A stretch of 64,000 bases of DNA from Octopus vulgaris. Taxonomy: Eukaryota. This document shows, in pieces, positions 46,784-64,000 of the stretch (its first letter is position 1; each line of letters starts with the position of its first letter). The stretch spans positions 74,028,001 to 74,092,000 of the forward strand of contig OX597819.1 of NCBI GenBank assembly GCA_951406725.2, written 5' to 3'. The notes beneath the pieces are model-generated. The model worked only from the letters and a program-made list of their open reading frames with translations, searched no databases and was not told the origin of the DNA. The translations under genes were made by a program, and so were the position numbers.

Positions 46784-48066
46784 CAATGGCGAAAATTAAT
46801 TTAAGACCGATGATAAAAGTTCTATTTCTTACAAAATATTTTGTTACTAACACCATACAAATCATTTTCATCTGTTACACCTTATGCAGAATGTATTTCT
46901 CTTTCGAATGATGCAGGCAATAACTATTTTTATACAACTTGAAGAATTCTAATGCTAAATTCAGAGAATCGTTTCAAATTTACCGGCAAAATTAGTTTAA
47001 GACCACGTAATATGTATGCAAAGTTTTTTGCCAAAATGGGTGGTCACACAACTAGCCTAACTGGACGATATAGTGTTATAATTTAACGTTATTATACAAT
47101 TGATTAATAAGGGGGAAACAACGTCACCTCAGTCCAGTCACGAGAGCAAAAATCGTAGTACTTCACCAGCAAAAAGTTTCCTTTTCGAACACCAGCAAGC
47201 AAGTAAAGTGCAGTAAAACGGCTTGCGTTCAAGCGTGGAAGTTATACTCGGTGACTGGTCAATATAAAGATCGTCAAAGACTGGTGCCCCAAAAAAAACA
47301 ACGGCACAGTTGGAACGTCGAATCCACCGCCTTCCGGAAGGCAACCGACAGCCGTTGATAGTTGTAAACAATTGTCCATCGAGAATTGTGTTATTTTTGC
47401 ACTACCAAACCGTCCGCAACCTTTTGAGAGAAATTGGACTACATGGACGAATCGCTAGGAAAAAGCTAATTATATCCGAAAGAAATCGACTCAAACGCCT
47501 TAATTTCGCAAAAAGCCATGCTCAATGAACTGCCGTAGATTGGTGCAGGTTCCCTTTGAGTGAAGAGTCAAATGGCTTCCCCAGAGCCCGGACCTGAATC
47601 CGATCGACAACCTGTGGAATTATGTTTCCCAAATGTCTATGCTAATAAACCATCTAATCTAAAACAATTATTCGATTGGCAAAATATTTCCATACAATTT
47701 TGTTTTCACTTAGCGAATTCAATGCCGAGACGTTGTTCAGCCGTTATTAAGAATAAAGGCTACGGCACAAAGTACTAATCTGTATTTCGTCCTTGTTGCT
47801 CATTTTTGCTACAATCTTAAGCTTTAAATAAAATTATAATGATATGGTTTTAAACTAATTTTGCCGGTAAATTTGAAACGGTTATATTAATTTAGCATTA
47901 GAATTCATCAAGTTGTATAAAAATAGTTATTGTCTGCATCATTCGAAAGAGAAATGAATTCTGCATAAGGTGTAAAAGATAAAGATAATTTGTATGGTGT
48001 TAGTAACAAAATATTTTATAAGAAATAGAAATTTTAACAACGGTCTTGCATTTATTTTCGCCAGTG
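46784..48066 (+). mobile_element. Decayed Tc1-family transposon, copy 3 with internal deletion
   Basis: Same TIRs and flanks as 12668-14267. About 330 bp of the catalytic domain is deleted at ~47570 (gaagagtca|aatggct). Confidence 0.88.
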
Positions 48067-48330
48067 TATGTATGTATGAATGTTTGTGTCGCCCCCCCCC
48101 AGCAATGCTTGAGACCCGATGCTGGTGCGGTTTCGTCCCCGTACACTAGCGGTTCGGCAAAGTAGTCCGATAGAAAACGTATTTGATTTGCAAAGAATAA
48201 GTCTTGGGGTCGATTTGTTCTGCTAATGGCGAAATAATAAAATAAGTAAGTAAAAGACAAAGAGGAAAAGCATATATTATATTAATAAGTTTGCGTGTGT
48301 GCATGTGTATGTGTGTGTGTATGTGTGAGT

Positions 48331-48714
48331 GGGGGTGCAATGGCCCAGTGGTTAGGGCAGCGGACTCGCGGTCGTAGGATCGCGGTTTCCATTCCCAGAC
48401 CGGGCGTTGTGAGTGTTTAGTGAGCGAAAACACCTAAAGCTCCATGAGGCTCCGGCAGGGATGGCGGTCATCCCTGCTGTACTCTTTCACCACAACTTTC
48501 TCTCACTCTTACTTCCTGTTTCTGTTGTACCTGTATTTGAAAGGGCCGGCCTTGTCACTCTCTGGGTCACGCTGAATATCCCCGAGAACAACGTTAAGGG
48601 TACACGTGTCTGTGGAATGCTCAGCCACTTACACGTTAATTTCACGGGCAGGCTGTTCCGTTGATCGGATCAACCGGAACCCTCGTCGTCGTAACTGACG
48701 GAGTGCTTCCATCC
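48331..48714 (+). mobile_element. Same SINE insertion in the second 34-kb unit
   Basis: Near-identical to 14932-15315, same flanks. Confidence 0.8.
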
Positions 48715-50984
48715 GTATGTGTGAGTGTGTGTTTGTGTGTGTGTGTCTGTGTCTGTGTGTATGAGAGAGAGAGAAAGAGGGAGGGAGAGAAAGCATTTAC
48801 TATGAGAAAAGTACAACATTAAAATAGAAATATCTTTTAACAGCGAACTCGTTAGTAGGAGTGAGAAAGAGAGAAGAAAGAAAACAAATGGAAAACGAAT
48901 CGGCCTTACTTCTGAAAATGTATACCCTACGCCAAATAGTGCGACTCTATTCAGAATGGGCAAAGCCCATCACATCGGGCTTTACAACATGATAATCTTT
49001 GGTGCCATTTCACAAATATTTCTTAAAGACAAACAATTTTTACATGTCAGAGAATATCAGCTCTGTAAACTTCGGATGTTGCTCCCCACGCGTTGTCAAG
49101 ACAGCAAGAGGAAATAAACAACGATTCCATACAAATTTCGCTCTTTAGACTTCTATAGCTCATCTTAGCGAATTCATCCTAGAAATATATGTGTACTTAT
49201 CAATTAATTTCTCCATATTTTCTTTTGTTCATTATTGTTTTTTTAAGCAAAGTTAATTTTGGAGAATATATTTTTAGAAAATACTTCTCAATTTTTAAAA
49301 AATATTTTGGATCGTCTCTTAAGCAAAGACAAACAGGATAAAAATAAACTTGTTATCACAAATTAGTTAATTTTCACTAAGTGGGATTTCCCTTTGCTCG
49401 GAATAACGTGTGTGTATGTTCACTCTTTCATCCAAGGAGATTCCGGTTTAACCAATGTAGTTTCCTTAAGATTGACCAGATTATGTAACATAAGAGATTT
49501 CTTGTTTCGCAATTAATATCCGTCTTTATCCCTCGGATATTTCTAACTGGTTGTAACTTTGCCTAATTCATATTCCGCATCAGCTATCTCCACAAGTTTT
49601 TACAGAAAATTCGGGGTTGGGGTGGATAAGTGAATTAATCTTTGCTAGATATTACTTGATGGTTTTTGATTGACGCATGGTGTTGATGGTTGGGCTTTTG
49701 AAGATCAAGTCCTTTACGTTTGTGCTTCGAAGAAAGGATTGAGAGAGTCACATTGGTGAATGCCTCTATGTTTGCCATTCCTGAGTCACAACTGTTGAGT
49801 TGTACCTGCAATTCAGAAGGGGTCAGCCTTATCACATTCTTTATCATATTGAACCTCTTTCAGAATTACGTTAAGTGTACGCGTGTCTGTGGAGTACTCG
49901 GCCGCTTGCACGTTAATTTCATGAGCATTCTGTTCGTTTGATTGTATCATCTGGAAAACTCGTCGTCATAACCGACGGAGAACTAGGTCGCCTGCAATAA
50001 GGATTTCTATAATCTAGTCGTAGGTTTCTGTTCGTGCTATATTCTTATATTGATGCTGTTTCTTCTGTTTCGCCTCCCCTCCCTCCTCTTCTACCTCTTC
50101 CTCCTTTTTCTCCTCCACCACCACCACCACAACCTCCTCCCCTTTTTCCTCCTCCTCCTCCTCCTCCTCCTCCTCCGCCTAAGTACCTTTCTCCATTTGT
50201 GACTGTCGGTATTGTTGGTTGTAAATTATTTTCAATAGTTTCTGTATTCGTTCTTTGGGATATTAGACACTTGATTTCTGAACGTATGTGAGTTGTGATG
50301 GAGGGAGTTATACGATGTTTGAGTGATTGGTTTCTTTATTTCGTTCTGGTGGTGGTGGTGGTGGTGGTGGTGTTGGTAGTTGCGGCGGTTGTGATGGTGT
50401 TGGTTGTAGTGAAGATGATGATGGAGATGATATATATGATGGTTACAATGATAATGACGACGACTTTGTCGACTGCGATAGTAACAACGATTTGTAACAT
50501 GAAACTGTAACTCACTATTCCCCGCTCAGTTCTTTCCCGTTAAGGGAAAGTAACCTACTAGCAATTGGACTGTGACCTATATACTGTGATAAAAATAGTT
50601 CATTCATAAAAGCTTTCCTCTTCCCGTAAACCTAAATCTCCTGACACATTGAAGGTAAAATATTAGCACAAGCTTCAACTTCCGCCAGAATTGAAAGCGA
50701 GCAATTTTCGCAAACTAAATTGAAACAATAGATAAAGGAAGATGATTTCTTCCAGCTTCATGAAGGCCATCACATAGAATGTGATTGTGATTGTACGATA
50801 CTCTGTTTAGTATCGTACAATGTTCATTATCCGGCAATGTTCCACATCAATGTTTATGATATCATGCTATTCATTATCTAGAAGTATTCATTGTATATTC
50901 GACATCATATATTCGACATCAAATTCCCACACTTACATATCACAGCACGTTCTCTCAAACTCCCTCGTATTTCTAATCAGTTAT

Positions 50985-51083
<99 letters not shown>

Positions 51084-52963
51084 CATACATACACACATCC
51101 AGGTTAGAAACCTGTTCTTTCTCTATTGGCAAGAAATGCTATGTTTGACACGCTATGTTTGACAGGCACTACTCTCTAACCATGGCCACCTCTGAGCAGA
51201 AAAAGGACAACTTTTCCAACTAACTATCCGATGTATTGAAGGAGACATTTTCTTATAGAAAATATAAGATTCTTCTAAAAGATTATTCAATGCAAGTGTG
51301 GCGATATAACAATGATCATAATTGATCTAATATTGACAAAAATTTTGTGGTATTTCTATGAGCTTCGAGTAAAAATGCTCGAGTCCCGGGATATTTTCTC
51401 CTGCTGCATTTTCTCTAGTGAGGGCCGTAGGACATAATCTCGTCATAACATTGGAAGAACAAACAAGAGAAGAAAGGCTTTTCTAGGTTTGCATCATCTT
51501 TGTATTTTCCTCTCAGTTGCTTTATTCAAAAGACAAAACGATTCCCTCTGGCACAAGTTGGATGCAAGAATTGATAGTTTCCAACTTTGGATATGGGCCA
51601 GCAATTTCGGGGAGGTGTAATGGATTTCGACGACCCCATTACGTAAATGGTACTTATTTTATGATGACAGGAAGACTGAATATCCTACAGGTGAGATACA
51701 TTGTAATATAATGTATATAAAATATATATTAAAGATAAAGAAATGACTGTAACATAAAATATAAAATGAAATTATAAAATAAATCACAACAATAGTTGTA
51801 CACATATATTTCTAGGATGAATTCGCTAAGATGAGCTATAGAAGTCTAAAGAGCGAAATTTGTATGGAATCGTCGTATCGATAAAGTTGTTTATTTCCTC
51901 TCGCTCTCTTGACGACGCGTGGAGAGCAACATCCGAAGTTTACAGAGCAGATATTCTCTGACATGTAAAAATTGTTTGTCTTCAAGAAATATTTGTGAAA
52001 TGGCTCCAAAGATTATCATGTTGTAAAGCCCGACGTGATGGGCTTTGCCCATTCTGAATACAGTCGCACTATTGTTGTGATTTATTTTATAATTTCTTTT
52101 TATATTTTATGTTACAGTCATTTCTTTATCTTTAATATATATTTTATATACATTATATTACAATGTATCTCACCTATAGGATATTCAGTCTTCCTGTCAT
52201 CATAAAATAAGTACCATTTACGTAATGGGGTCGTTGAAATCCATTACACCTCCCCGAAATTGCTGGCCCATATCAAGAAATAATGGAACAAGCAGTAAAT
52301 ATAATATGGATGTCTGTAACGAAGTTGTAATCCACTCATTGAACAAAATCAAAAACACAAACAACAAAATATAAAATAAAATATTAACACTTTAATGTTT
52401 CCATACAAAAATATAATTCTCATTTATATAATAAATAATAGAAATGATGTTGGCGTATATGTGTGTGTGTGTGTGAGTATGCAGGGAAGTCTTCCTAGTA
52501 TAATGCATAGGAATATGGTGTATATATTATAACGAAGATTAAAAAAATAGGAAATGGAATCGGAAAATAAAAAAATAAAAAATGAATTAAATAACGTAGG
52601 TATAGTTATGTATATATGAATATATATATATATATATAAATATAGCTATGTATATATGAAAAATATATATAGATTGATCCGTCACAGTTCCATTGTTTTA
52701 ATACCAATAACATCGATGTAACACGATATTAAATAGAAATATTGATTTCATAAAGGAGAAATATATATTGTTTACGATTATAAACGTGATAAGAAAATAT
52801 AAGAAAAAATTTATGGAAATATTGGTATTTAACGATTAATATAATCGTCGATATGATTATTAAGTGGTGAAGCTAAAACACTTCTACATAATTGAAACGA
52901 TACACTTGTATCTGATTTTTCTCTAACTGAGATTGGTTCCAGAAGTATTATAACGGGAATTAA

Positions 52964-53257
52964 TTACATAAAGGATTGTAGAGTATTTTGAATGTGGTTT
53001 ATATTTTCATGAAGTGTATGGAGTGTAATTATGGTAAACCATCGCTGCTTGGTTATTGGCACATCATCCGGTAGCAAAAGACTGTCATCCACTTCGACAT
53101 TTTGTTTGATGTTTGAAAATATCTGAAATATATGAAAAGAACATTGTAAATAAGAGATACACATTAATTGATATTAATACACACACGCATACAAACACAC
53201 ACACACGATACACATGCAATGAAACCTACCGGGGCTCACAGTCCACACCTTATAAAG

Positions 53258-53311
<54 letters not shown>

Positions 53312-54729
53312 ATATATATATATTTATTTATCTATAGTTAACCCAACGTGGATGAGATCTAAACATGGTCAATGTAGCTATTTCTCTCTACATTCAATAC
53401 TATAGAGACATTTATACACACATATTATATATCACATTTACTAATACTAATAATAAACGCACATATGTTATATATGAATTTACTACTAATAATAATATAG
53501 ACACATATGCACACACACGTATGTATATATTACGTATAATATTTTGATAGACTAAGTAATATTATTAAATTATAACGGTTCAAAATTATTCTAATTGGAG
53601 TAATTCCGTCAAATAATTAGACATTCTACGAAGATTACACATATTCGCATTGTTGTCTACATCATATAAATGAGGAAAGTGTGTAGAACGTAAGCTGATT
53701 ATCGTCTACACGAAGTATTTTACGACAGAAATCTTAGAAACCCTGAAGATGAAACACAAGAATACTTTGAAAGAATGCTTCGAAATGAGTATATATTACT
53801 CCGAGAGAATCTAAAGAATAGCACTTTTGGACTTTTGACAACAGTTTCTGTAAATAAACTGACTATATCTTCCCGGATCAGTTCTATGAGATATATATTT
53901 AATATATTCCGATAAACATGAGGATATTTTGGTGCTGTTTTATTGAACAAGGCATTTATCTACGTTAATTTTTCGTGAGGAAATGAAAGAGAAATCGCGT
54001 GAATCTTCATCTAGGAAAATATATTACGAGAATAATACTTACCGGTGAATCCAGAAAAAGTATCGTATCAACCAGGTAAGAAAGTGTTTGTTTTAAGTAA
54101 CAATAAAATATGGCATCAGATGTGGGAGTGAGTTTAGAACAGGCTGCCGGATAATGACACTCTGTCTGTATACGTTTGGCAGGGGCACACAGCTGGTCAT
54201 ATTCTTTTTCCGTCTGATTCTTCAACACAGTAACATATTGACTGAGGGTTGCAGACATATTGGATAGAGCAATCTGTAATAAAGAATTGTGAGAAGCTTG
54301 AATTTGATTCGACACTAATTGAGATTTCTTATAAAATATAGAATCGAGTTTAGATAAAAAGTGTATAAATATTTCAAGAAAATGTGTTTGATAATATGTC
54401 CATACCTTGACTAAGTCTGTCTGCGCGATGGTGATATTGTCTTGAATGTTGAGCTGAGGGAATGTAAGTTCCGTCTGGTTGAGTATCATATGAATAAACT
54501 GACGACAGGATACCGCAGAAGCCATTGGAGTGTTGTGGCACTGTAGAAAAACACGTGACATATTATGAGTCTGAGATTTGGACAGATAGGATTAGAAAAC
54601 AAGTGAGTAGAAGTCCGTTTACACTGAACTAATAGTTATAAATATTGATCTTTATGAGAACTTTATTAATTATTATGTGGGTAGTATTTTAAGTAATATA
54701 TTATTGGAGTGGTATAAGAAGTTGTAATA

Positions 54730-54770
<41 letters not shown>

Positions 54771-55742
54771 AACAATATCAAGTATAACAATAATAATAAC
54801 AATAATATATGAATGAATATATGTAAACTTACAAAAGAGTGCAAAGTAGTGTTCACGGCTATTGAGGCCCTGCGAGCCGCCTCCAGCTGAGCTTTTATGT
54901 TATTTATTGGTATCGCTGTCGGTTTTATAGACGCTCCATGGATGAATGAAATCCAGACTGAGAGACATAGGACCAATATATATTGCCAATCTACGGGAAA
55001 ATGGAAAAAAATACCATTAAGGAACATTTGGAAGGAAAGGGAGACATTGAAGGAATTGTTATTATTAAAAAGAAATAAGTCGTTAAGTCGCTGTTAGTTT
55101 TTCACGTGTAGTAAACAATGAGCTGAACATTTTGGAACTCAATAAACGATATTCACAAATATTTAACATAGTTCCACTAAATATAAACCATAATTTCTTG
55201 TGTAGTGTGTCAATGTGTCTATATAATTAATAGTAGTAAATTCATATGTAAGATGTGTGTGTATGTTGTTAGTATTAGTAAATGTGATATATAATATGTG
55301 CGTTTAAAACCACTTATATTAAAGCCACTTACATTGATAGATAGAATGATAGATAGATACTTAGATGGATAGATAGATAGAAAGAATTGGATAGATAGAT
55401 AGAAAGCATTGGATAGATAGATATATAGATAGAGAAAGAGAGATAGATAATTGCATACATTGACAGGGACATACATATATTTACATATTTCTGTGCGCGT
55501 GTATATGTGTGTATATGTGTGTGGGCGGTGTCATTGTCGCTCTCTCTTGAGTACCGCTTGATGGCCAATGCTTGTGTGTTTATATACAGGAAAAGTAACT
55601 CTTCGGTAAAAAGTTACCAACAGAATAAGTACATGGCTTTCTCAAATAAGTCCTCGGGATGGTAAATTCGACCTAAACAGTTTTGAAGGTTGTGTCACAG
55701 CATGGCCGCAAACCAGCGGACTAAAACAATTAATAGACAGTT

Positions 55743-55776
<34 letters not shown>

Positions 55777-55878
55777 TGTATGTATGTATGTATGTATGTA
55801 TGTATGTATGTTTGTTTGTATGTATGTATATGTATGTGTGTATATATATCTATATATATGTATGTATATGTGTGTATC

Positions 55879-55930
<52 letters not shown>

Positions 55931-56425
55931 CAGGTGGAAAGATTCGATGTTTGTATGTGTTAACAATTACTTCCTCATGACAATATAACCTTTAATCTAT
56001 TCAAGATATCCTTCGACTGAATATTACCCGGCCGTATACACCTCATTTGGATTTACCACTTTTGAGGTTTCATTCGCCATGAAACACATGTAGCCCGAAT
56101 TATTCTTTTCCATTCTGTAACTCTTATATTCTTTTTCGCAAACTCGACAAACCTTGTCGCCTACCGTAGAATATAAAAAGAACTTTTTTCTTCGTATCAT
56201 TTTTCGATAAAAAAAGATGAAATAATCCCCAATCTTCCGCCTGAATACACCGAAATTTGTTCCGAAAGTTGATTTTTCTTAATATTTACTACGAATTGCT
56301 TGAAATTAACTGTCTTCATACACCTCGATCCCTGGATCTTACATTTGTGTATGTGTGTGTATTCCTATAAATGTATGTGCGTATGTATGTATGTGTTTAT
56401 GTAAGTATGTAAATATGTGTTTATG

Positions 56426-56459
<34 letters not shown>

Positions 56460-56496
56460 TGTATATAATGCCGACCTCATACTTACAGTTATTCAT
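52964..56496 (-). CDS. Gene G: paralogue, 274-aa secreted putative helical cytokine
   Basis: Exons 56496-56487, 54990-54833, 54540-54043, 53122-52964. GT-AG, intact. Promoter present. Confidence 0.82.
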
Positions 56497-56597
56497 TCTG
56501 TTTGATTTTTCGTTATGAAAAATGTTTTAAGAGAACGTCAAGTTGTAGTTCCTTTGCTTGTTACGAATTATTGTGTTTAAGTGACGATGGAATATAG

Positions 56598-56885
56598 GTT
56601 TATATAGTGGTTTTAGCAGTGATAGGATTGGAAAATCCCGTTCTATGTGATGGCCTTCATGAAGCTGGAAGATATCATCTTCCTTTATCTGTTGTTTAAA
56701 TTTAGTTTACGAAAATTGCTCGCTTTCATTTCTGGCGGAAGTTGAAGCTTGTGCTAATATTTTACTTTCAATGTGTCAGAGATTTAGGTTTACGGAAAGA
56801 GGAAAGCTTTTATGAATGAACTATTTTTATCATAGTATATAGGTCACAGTCCAATTGCTAGTAGGTTACTTTCGCTTAACGGGAA
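56598..56885 (-). promoter_or_regulatory. Gene G proximal promoter
   Basis: kB at 56639-56630, TATATAAA at ~56606-56599. Confidence 0.62.
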
Positions 56886-58985
56886 GTAACCGCGCGGGAA
56901 ATAGTGAGTTACAGTTTCAGGTTACAAATCGTTGTTACTATCGACGTCGACAACGTCTTCCTCGTCATTATCATTATCATCATCATGTGTATCAACTTCA
57001 TCATCTTCAAGACCACGACCACCACGAACACCACCACTACCGCCACCACACCCATCCTCACCATCACGAATACCAGAACGAAATAAAGAAACCAATCACT
57101 CAAACATCGTATAACTCCCTCAATCACAAACTCACATACATTCAGAAATCAAGGGTCTAATATCCAAAAAAACGAATACAGAAACTATTGAAAATAATTT
57201 ACAACCAACAATACCGACAGTCACAAATGGAGGAATGTGTTTAGAAGGAGGGGAAGGGGGAGGAGAAAGAAGAGGAGGAAGGGGGTACGAAACAGAAGAA
57301 ACAGCATCAATATAAGAATATGGCAAGTACAGAAATCTTCGACTAGATAATAGAAATCCTTGTTGCAAGCGACCTGGTTCTCCGTCGGTTATGACGACGT
57401 GTGTTCCAGATGATATGATGAAACGAACAGAGTTTTCATGAAATTAACGTGCAAGCGGCTCAGTACACCACAGACACGTGTACACTTAACGTAATTCTGA
57501 AGGAGATTCAGTATGATAAAGAATGTGATAAGGCTGACACATTCTGAATTACAGGTACAGCTCACCAGTTATGACTCAGGAATGGCAAACATAGAGACAT
57601 ACACCAATGTGACTCTCTCAATCCTTTCTTCGAAACACGAACGTAAAGGACTTGGTCTTCAAAAGCCCAACCATCAACACCATGCGTCAATCAAAAACCC
57701 TCAAGAAATATCTAGCAAGGATAAATTCACTTACCCACCCCAACCCCGAATTTTCTGTAAAAACTTGTTGAGATAGCTGACGCGGAATCTGAATTAGGCA
57801 AAGTTACAACCATTTAGAAATATCCGAGGGATAAAGACGGATGTTAATTGGGAAACAAGAAATCTCTTGTGTTACATAATCTGGCCTAGTCGTAAGGAAA
57901 ACTATATTGGTTAAACCGGAATCTCCTTGGGTGATAGAGAGAAAATACACACACTTTATCCCGACCAAAGGGAAATCCCACTTAGTGAAAATTAACTAAT
58001 TTTCGATGACAAGTTTATTTTTTTCCTGTTTGTCTTTGCTTAACAGACAATCCAAAACATTTTTTAAATATTGAGAAGTATTTTTTAAAAATAAATTCTC
58101 TAAAATTAACTTTGCTTTAAAAGACAATACTGAACAAAAGACAATATTTTTTTTACCTCCGTCGCTAAAAACGTCTTAAGGAGAGATGAAAACGACAATA
58201 AAATGAAAAATTTTCCGCCTCACTTCCATATTTTTTTTATTACATTCTCTTCTTCATATTATTTTATTGAAAATTAGGTGAAACGGAATTTTGACATTTT
58301 CACTTCTATCTCTCAATGAATTGTTTCTAGTTTTGCTACTCGTTTATTAATTCTACATATATTAGTATGGGAATTGTGTGTGTATGTGTGTTTGTGTGTG
58401 TATGTATGTATTTATATATCACCGATCCATGTACACGCCTGCACATAAACGCCATGTATATCTTAAAGAATCGCTTCTTTTTCATTTTATTACGGCGCCT
58501 GTTTGTATGTGGTTGTTATTTTCTCTCCTTCATATTCCATATCAGCTATCTCCACAAGCATTTGCAGAAACAAATCCAGATGTGTTTTCAAATGAATTTC
58601 ACCTTTGTTAGGTATTGCATGAGAGCATGAACGGGGCCACATACACACACATTTTCCCGAGCAAAGAGAAATCCTACTTATTGAAAATTAGCTAATTTGC
58701 GTTAAGAAGTTTAATTTTCTTTCCTGTTTGTCTTTGCTTCAGAGACAATCCAAGACAATTATAACCTTTAATCTAATGAAGATATCCTTGGCCTGATGAT
58801 TAGGTGGCAGTATACACCTCACTTGGATTTTACCACTTCTGAAATTTCCCTCGCCATGAAACACATGTATACCGGATTTTCCTTCTACATTCTGTATTCT
58901 TTTTGCAAATTCGCCAAACTTAGTCACCTACCGTAGAATTGCTTGAAGCTGTCTTACTAAATCTCCATCCCTGGATCTTACACTT

Positions 58986-59021
<36 letters not shown>

Positions 59022-59593
59022 GTGTGTGTGTGTGTGTGCGTTCCTATGCATGTATTTATATACGTATGAAAGTATGTATTTATGTGTTTATGTATTTATG
59101 TATGTATGTATGTATGTTTGTATGTATGTAGATTTAAGGATTTCTATGATCTAGCCGTAGGTTTCTGTTCTTGCCATATATTGATGCTGTTTCTTCTGCT
59201 TCGTACCCCTTCCTCCTTCTCCATCCCCTCCTTCTAAACACATTTTTCCATTTGTGACTGTTTGTATTGTTGGTTGTAAATTATTTTCAATAGTTTATGT
59301 ATTCGTTTTTGGGGATATTAGACCCTTGATTTCTGAATGTATGTGAGTTGTCATTGAGGGAGTTATACGATATTTGAGTTATGGGTTTCTTTATCTCGTT
59401 CTGGTGGTGGTGATGGTGGTGATGGTGGTGGTAGTGGTTGTAGTGGTGGTGGTGGTGGTGGTGAAGATGACTGAGCTGATACACATGATGATGACAATGA
59501 TAATGACGACGACGACGTAGGCGACGGCGATAGTACCAACGATTTATAACATGTAACTGTAACGCACTATTCCCCGCTCGGGCCATTCCCGTT

Positions 59594-59872
59594 AAGCGAA
59601 AGTAACCTACTAGCAATTGGACTGTGACCTATATACTGTGATAAAAATAGTTCATTCATAAAAGCTTTCCTCTTCCCGTAAACCTAAATCTCTGTCACAC
59701 TGAAAGTAAAATATTAGCACAAGCTTCAACTTCCGCCAGAAATGAAAGCAAGCAATTTTCGTAAACTAAATTTAAACAATAGAGAAAGGAAGAGTAAATC
59801 TTCCAGCATCATGAAGGCCATCACATAGAACGGGATTTTCCAAACCTATCACTGCTAAAACAACTATATAAG
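59594..59872 (+). promoter_or_regulatory. Gene H proximal promoter
   Basis: TTCCCGTAA at 59673-59681, kB at 59832-59841, TATATAAG at ~59865. Confidence 0.62.
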
Positions 59873-59974
59873 CCGATATTCCATCGTCACTTAAACACAA
59901 TAAATTGTAACAAGCAAAGGAAATACAACATGACGTTCTCTCAAAACCTTTTTCACAACGAGTAATCACACAAA

Positions 59975-62895
<2,921 letters not shown>

Positions 62896-64000
62896 TTAAT
62901 CCATGTTATAATATTTCTGGAACCATAATTCCTCTTATAATATTTCTGGAACCAATCTCAGTTAGAGAAAAATTAGATACAAGTGTATCGTTTTAATTAT
63001 GTAGAAGTGTTTTAGCTTCACCACTTAATAATCATATCGACGATTATATTAATCGTTAAATACCAATATTTCCATAAATTTTTATCTTATATTTTTCTTA
63101 TCACGTTTATAATTGTAAACGATATATATTTCTCCTTTATGAAATAAATATTTCTATTTAATATCGTGTTACATCGATGTTATTGGTATTACACCAATGG
63201 GACTGTGACGTATCAATCTCTATATATTTTTCATATATACGTACCTATATTTATCTATATATATTCATATAAACATACCTGTACCTACCTTAATTAATTT
63301 ATTTAAAATTTTTTTATTTTCCGATTACATTTCCTATTTTTTTAATCTTCATTATAATATATACACCATATTCCTATGCATTATACTAGGAAGGTTTCCC
63401 TGCACACTCACACACACACACATATACGCCAACATCATTTCTATTATTTATTATATAAATGAGAATTATATTTTTCTATGGAAACATTAAAGTGTTAATA
63501 TTTTATTTTATATTCAGTTGTTTGTGTTTTTGATTTTGTTCAATGAGTGGATTACAACATCGTTACAGACATCCATATTATATTTACTACTTGTTCCATT
63601 ATTTCATGAAAAGAAAAGATGTGATTTATTTTATAAATAATTTCTTTTTATATTTCACGTTACAGTTATTTCTTTATCTTCAATATATATTTTATATATA
63701 TTATATTACAATGTATCTCACCAGTAGGACATTTTTTTCTTCCCGTCATCATAAAATTAGTACCATTTACGTAATGGAGTCGACGAAATCCATTACACCT
63801 ACCCCGAAATTGCTGGCCTTGAGTCAAAGTTGGAAACTATCAATTCTTGCATCGAACCTGTGCCAGAAGGAATCGTTTCCTCTTTTGAATGAAACAACTG
63901 AGAGGAAAATACGAAGATGATGCAAACCTAGAAAAGTCTTTCTTCTCTTTTTCGTTCTTCCAATGTTATGACGAGATTATGTCCTACGGCCCTCACTGGA

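Noticed and set aside
63543-63920. Recurrent 111-125-aa ORF (..KISTIYVM..KIRR) downstream of the genes
   Set aside because: Start and frame differ between copies, and it lies antisense to a decayed LINE endonuclease relic.

Overview
AT-rich, microsatellite-dense eukaryotic DNA. The SINE families suggest a cephalopod, probably octopus (inference). The window is a cluster of eight near-identical 4-exon genes, here called A-H, arranged as four head-to-head pairs (A-/B+, C-/D+, E-/F+, G-/H+) within a ~34-kb tandem segmental duplication. The ORF track misses the gene because it is spliced. Coding exons of 10+158+498+159 nt (intron phases 1,0,0) give a 274-aa protein with a signal peptide, 6 mature Cys and 5 N-glycosylation sequons. 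Its exon layout and motifs (C..C and LxFPxL after helix A, LVK in helix B, Trp at the start of a C-terminal amphipathic helix) resemble IL-6/G-CSF-type long-chain helical cytokines. Each intact copy has an NF-kB site (GGGATTTTCC) about 30 bp upstream of a TATA box, IRF- and STAT-like motifs, and a 3'UTR with ARE nonamers and a UAU-triloop hairpin. C and D appear to be pseudogenes, disabled by a 3.5-kb deletion of their shared promoter region. Also present: three copies of a decayed Tc1 element, non-autonomous Helitrons, tRNA-derived SINEs, RTE-LINE relics, a Penelope-like palindrome carrying two hammerhead ribozymes, and a 17-bp minisatellite.
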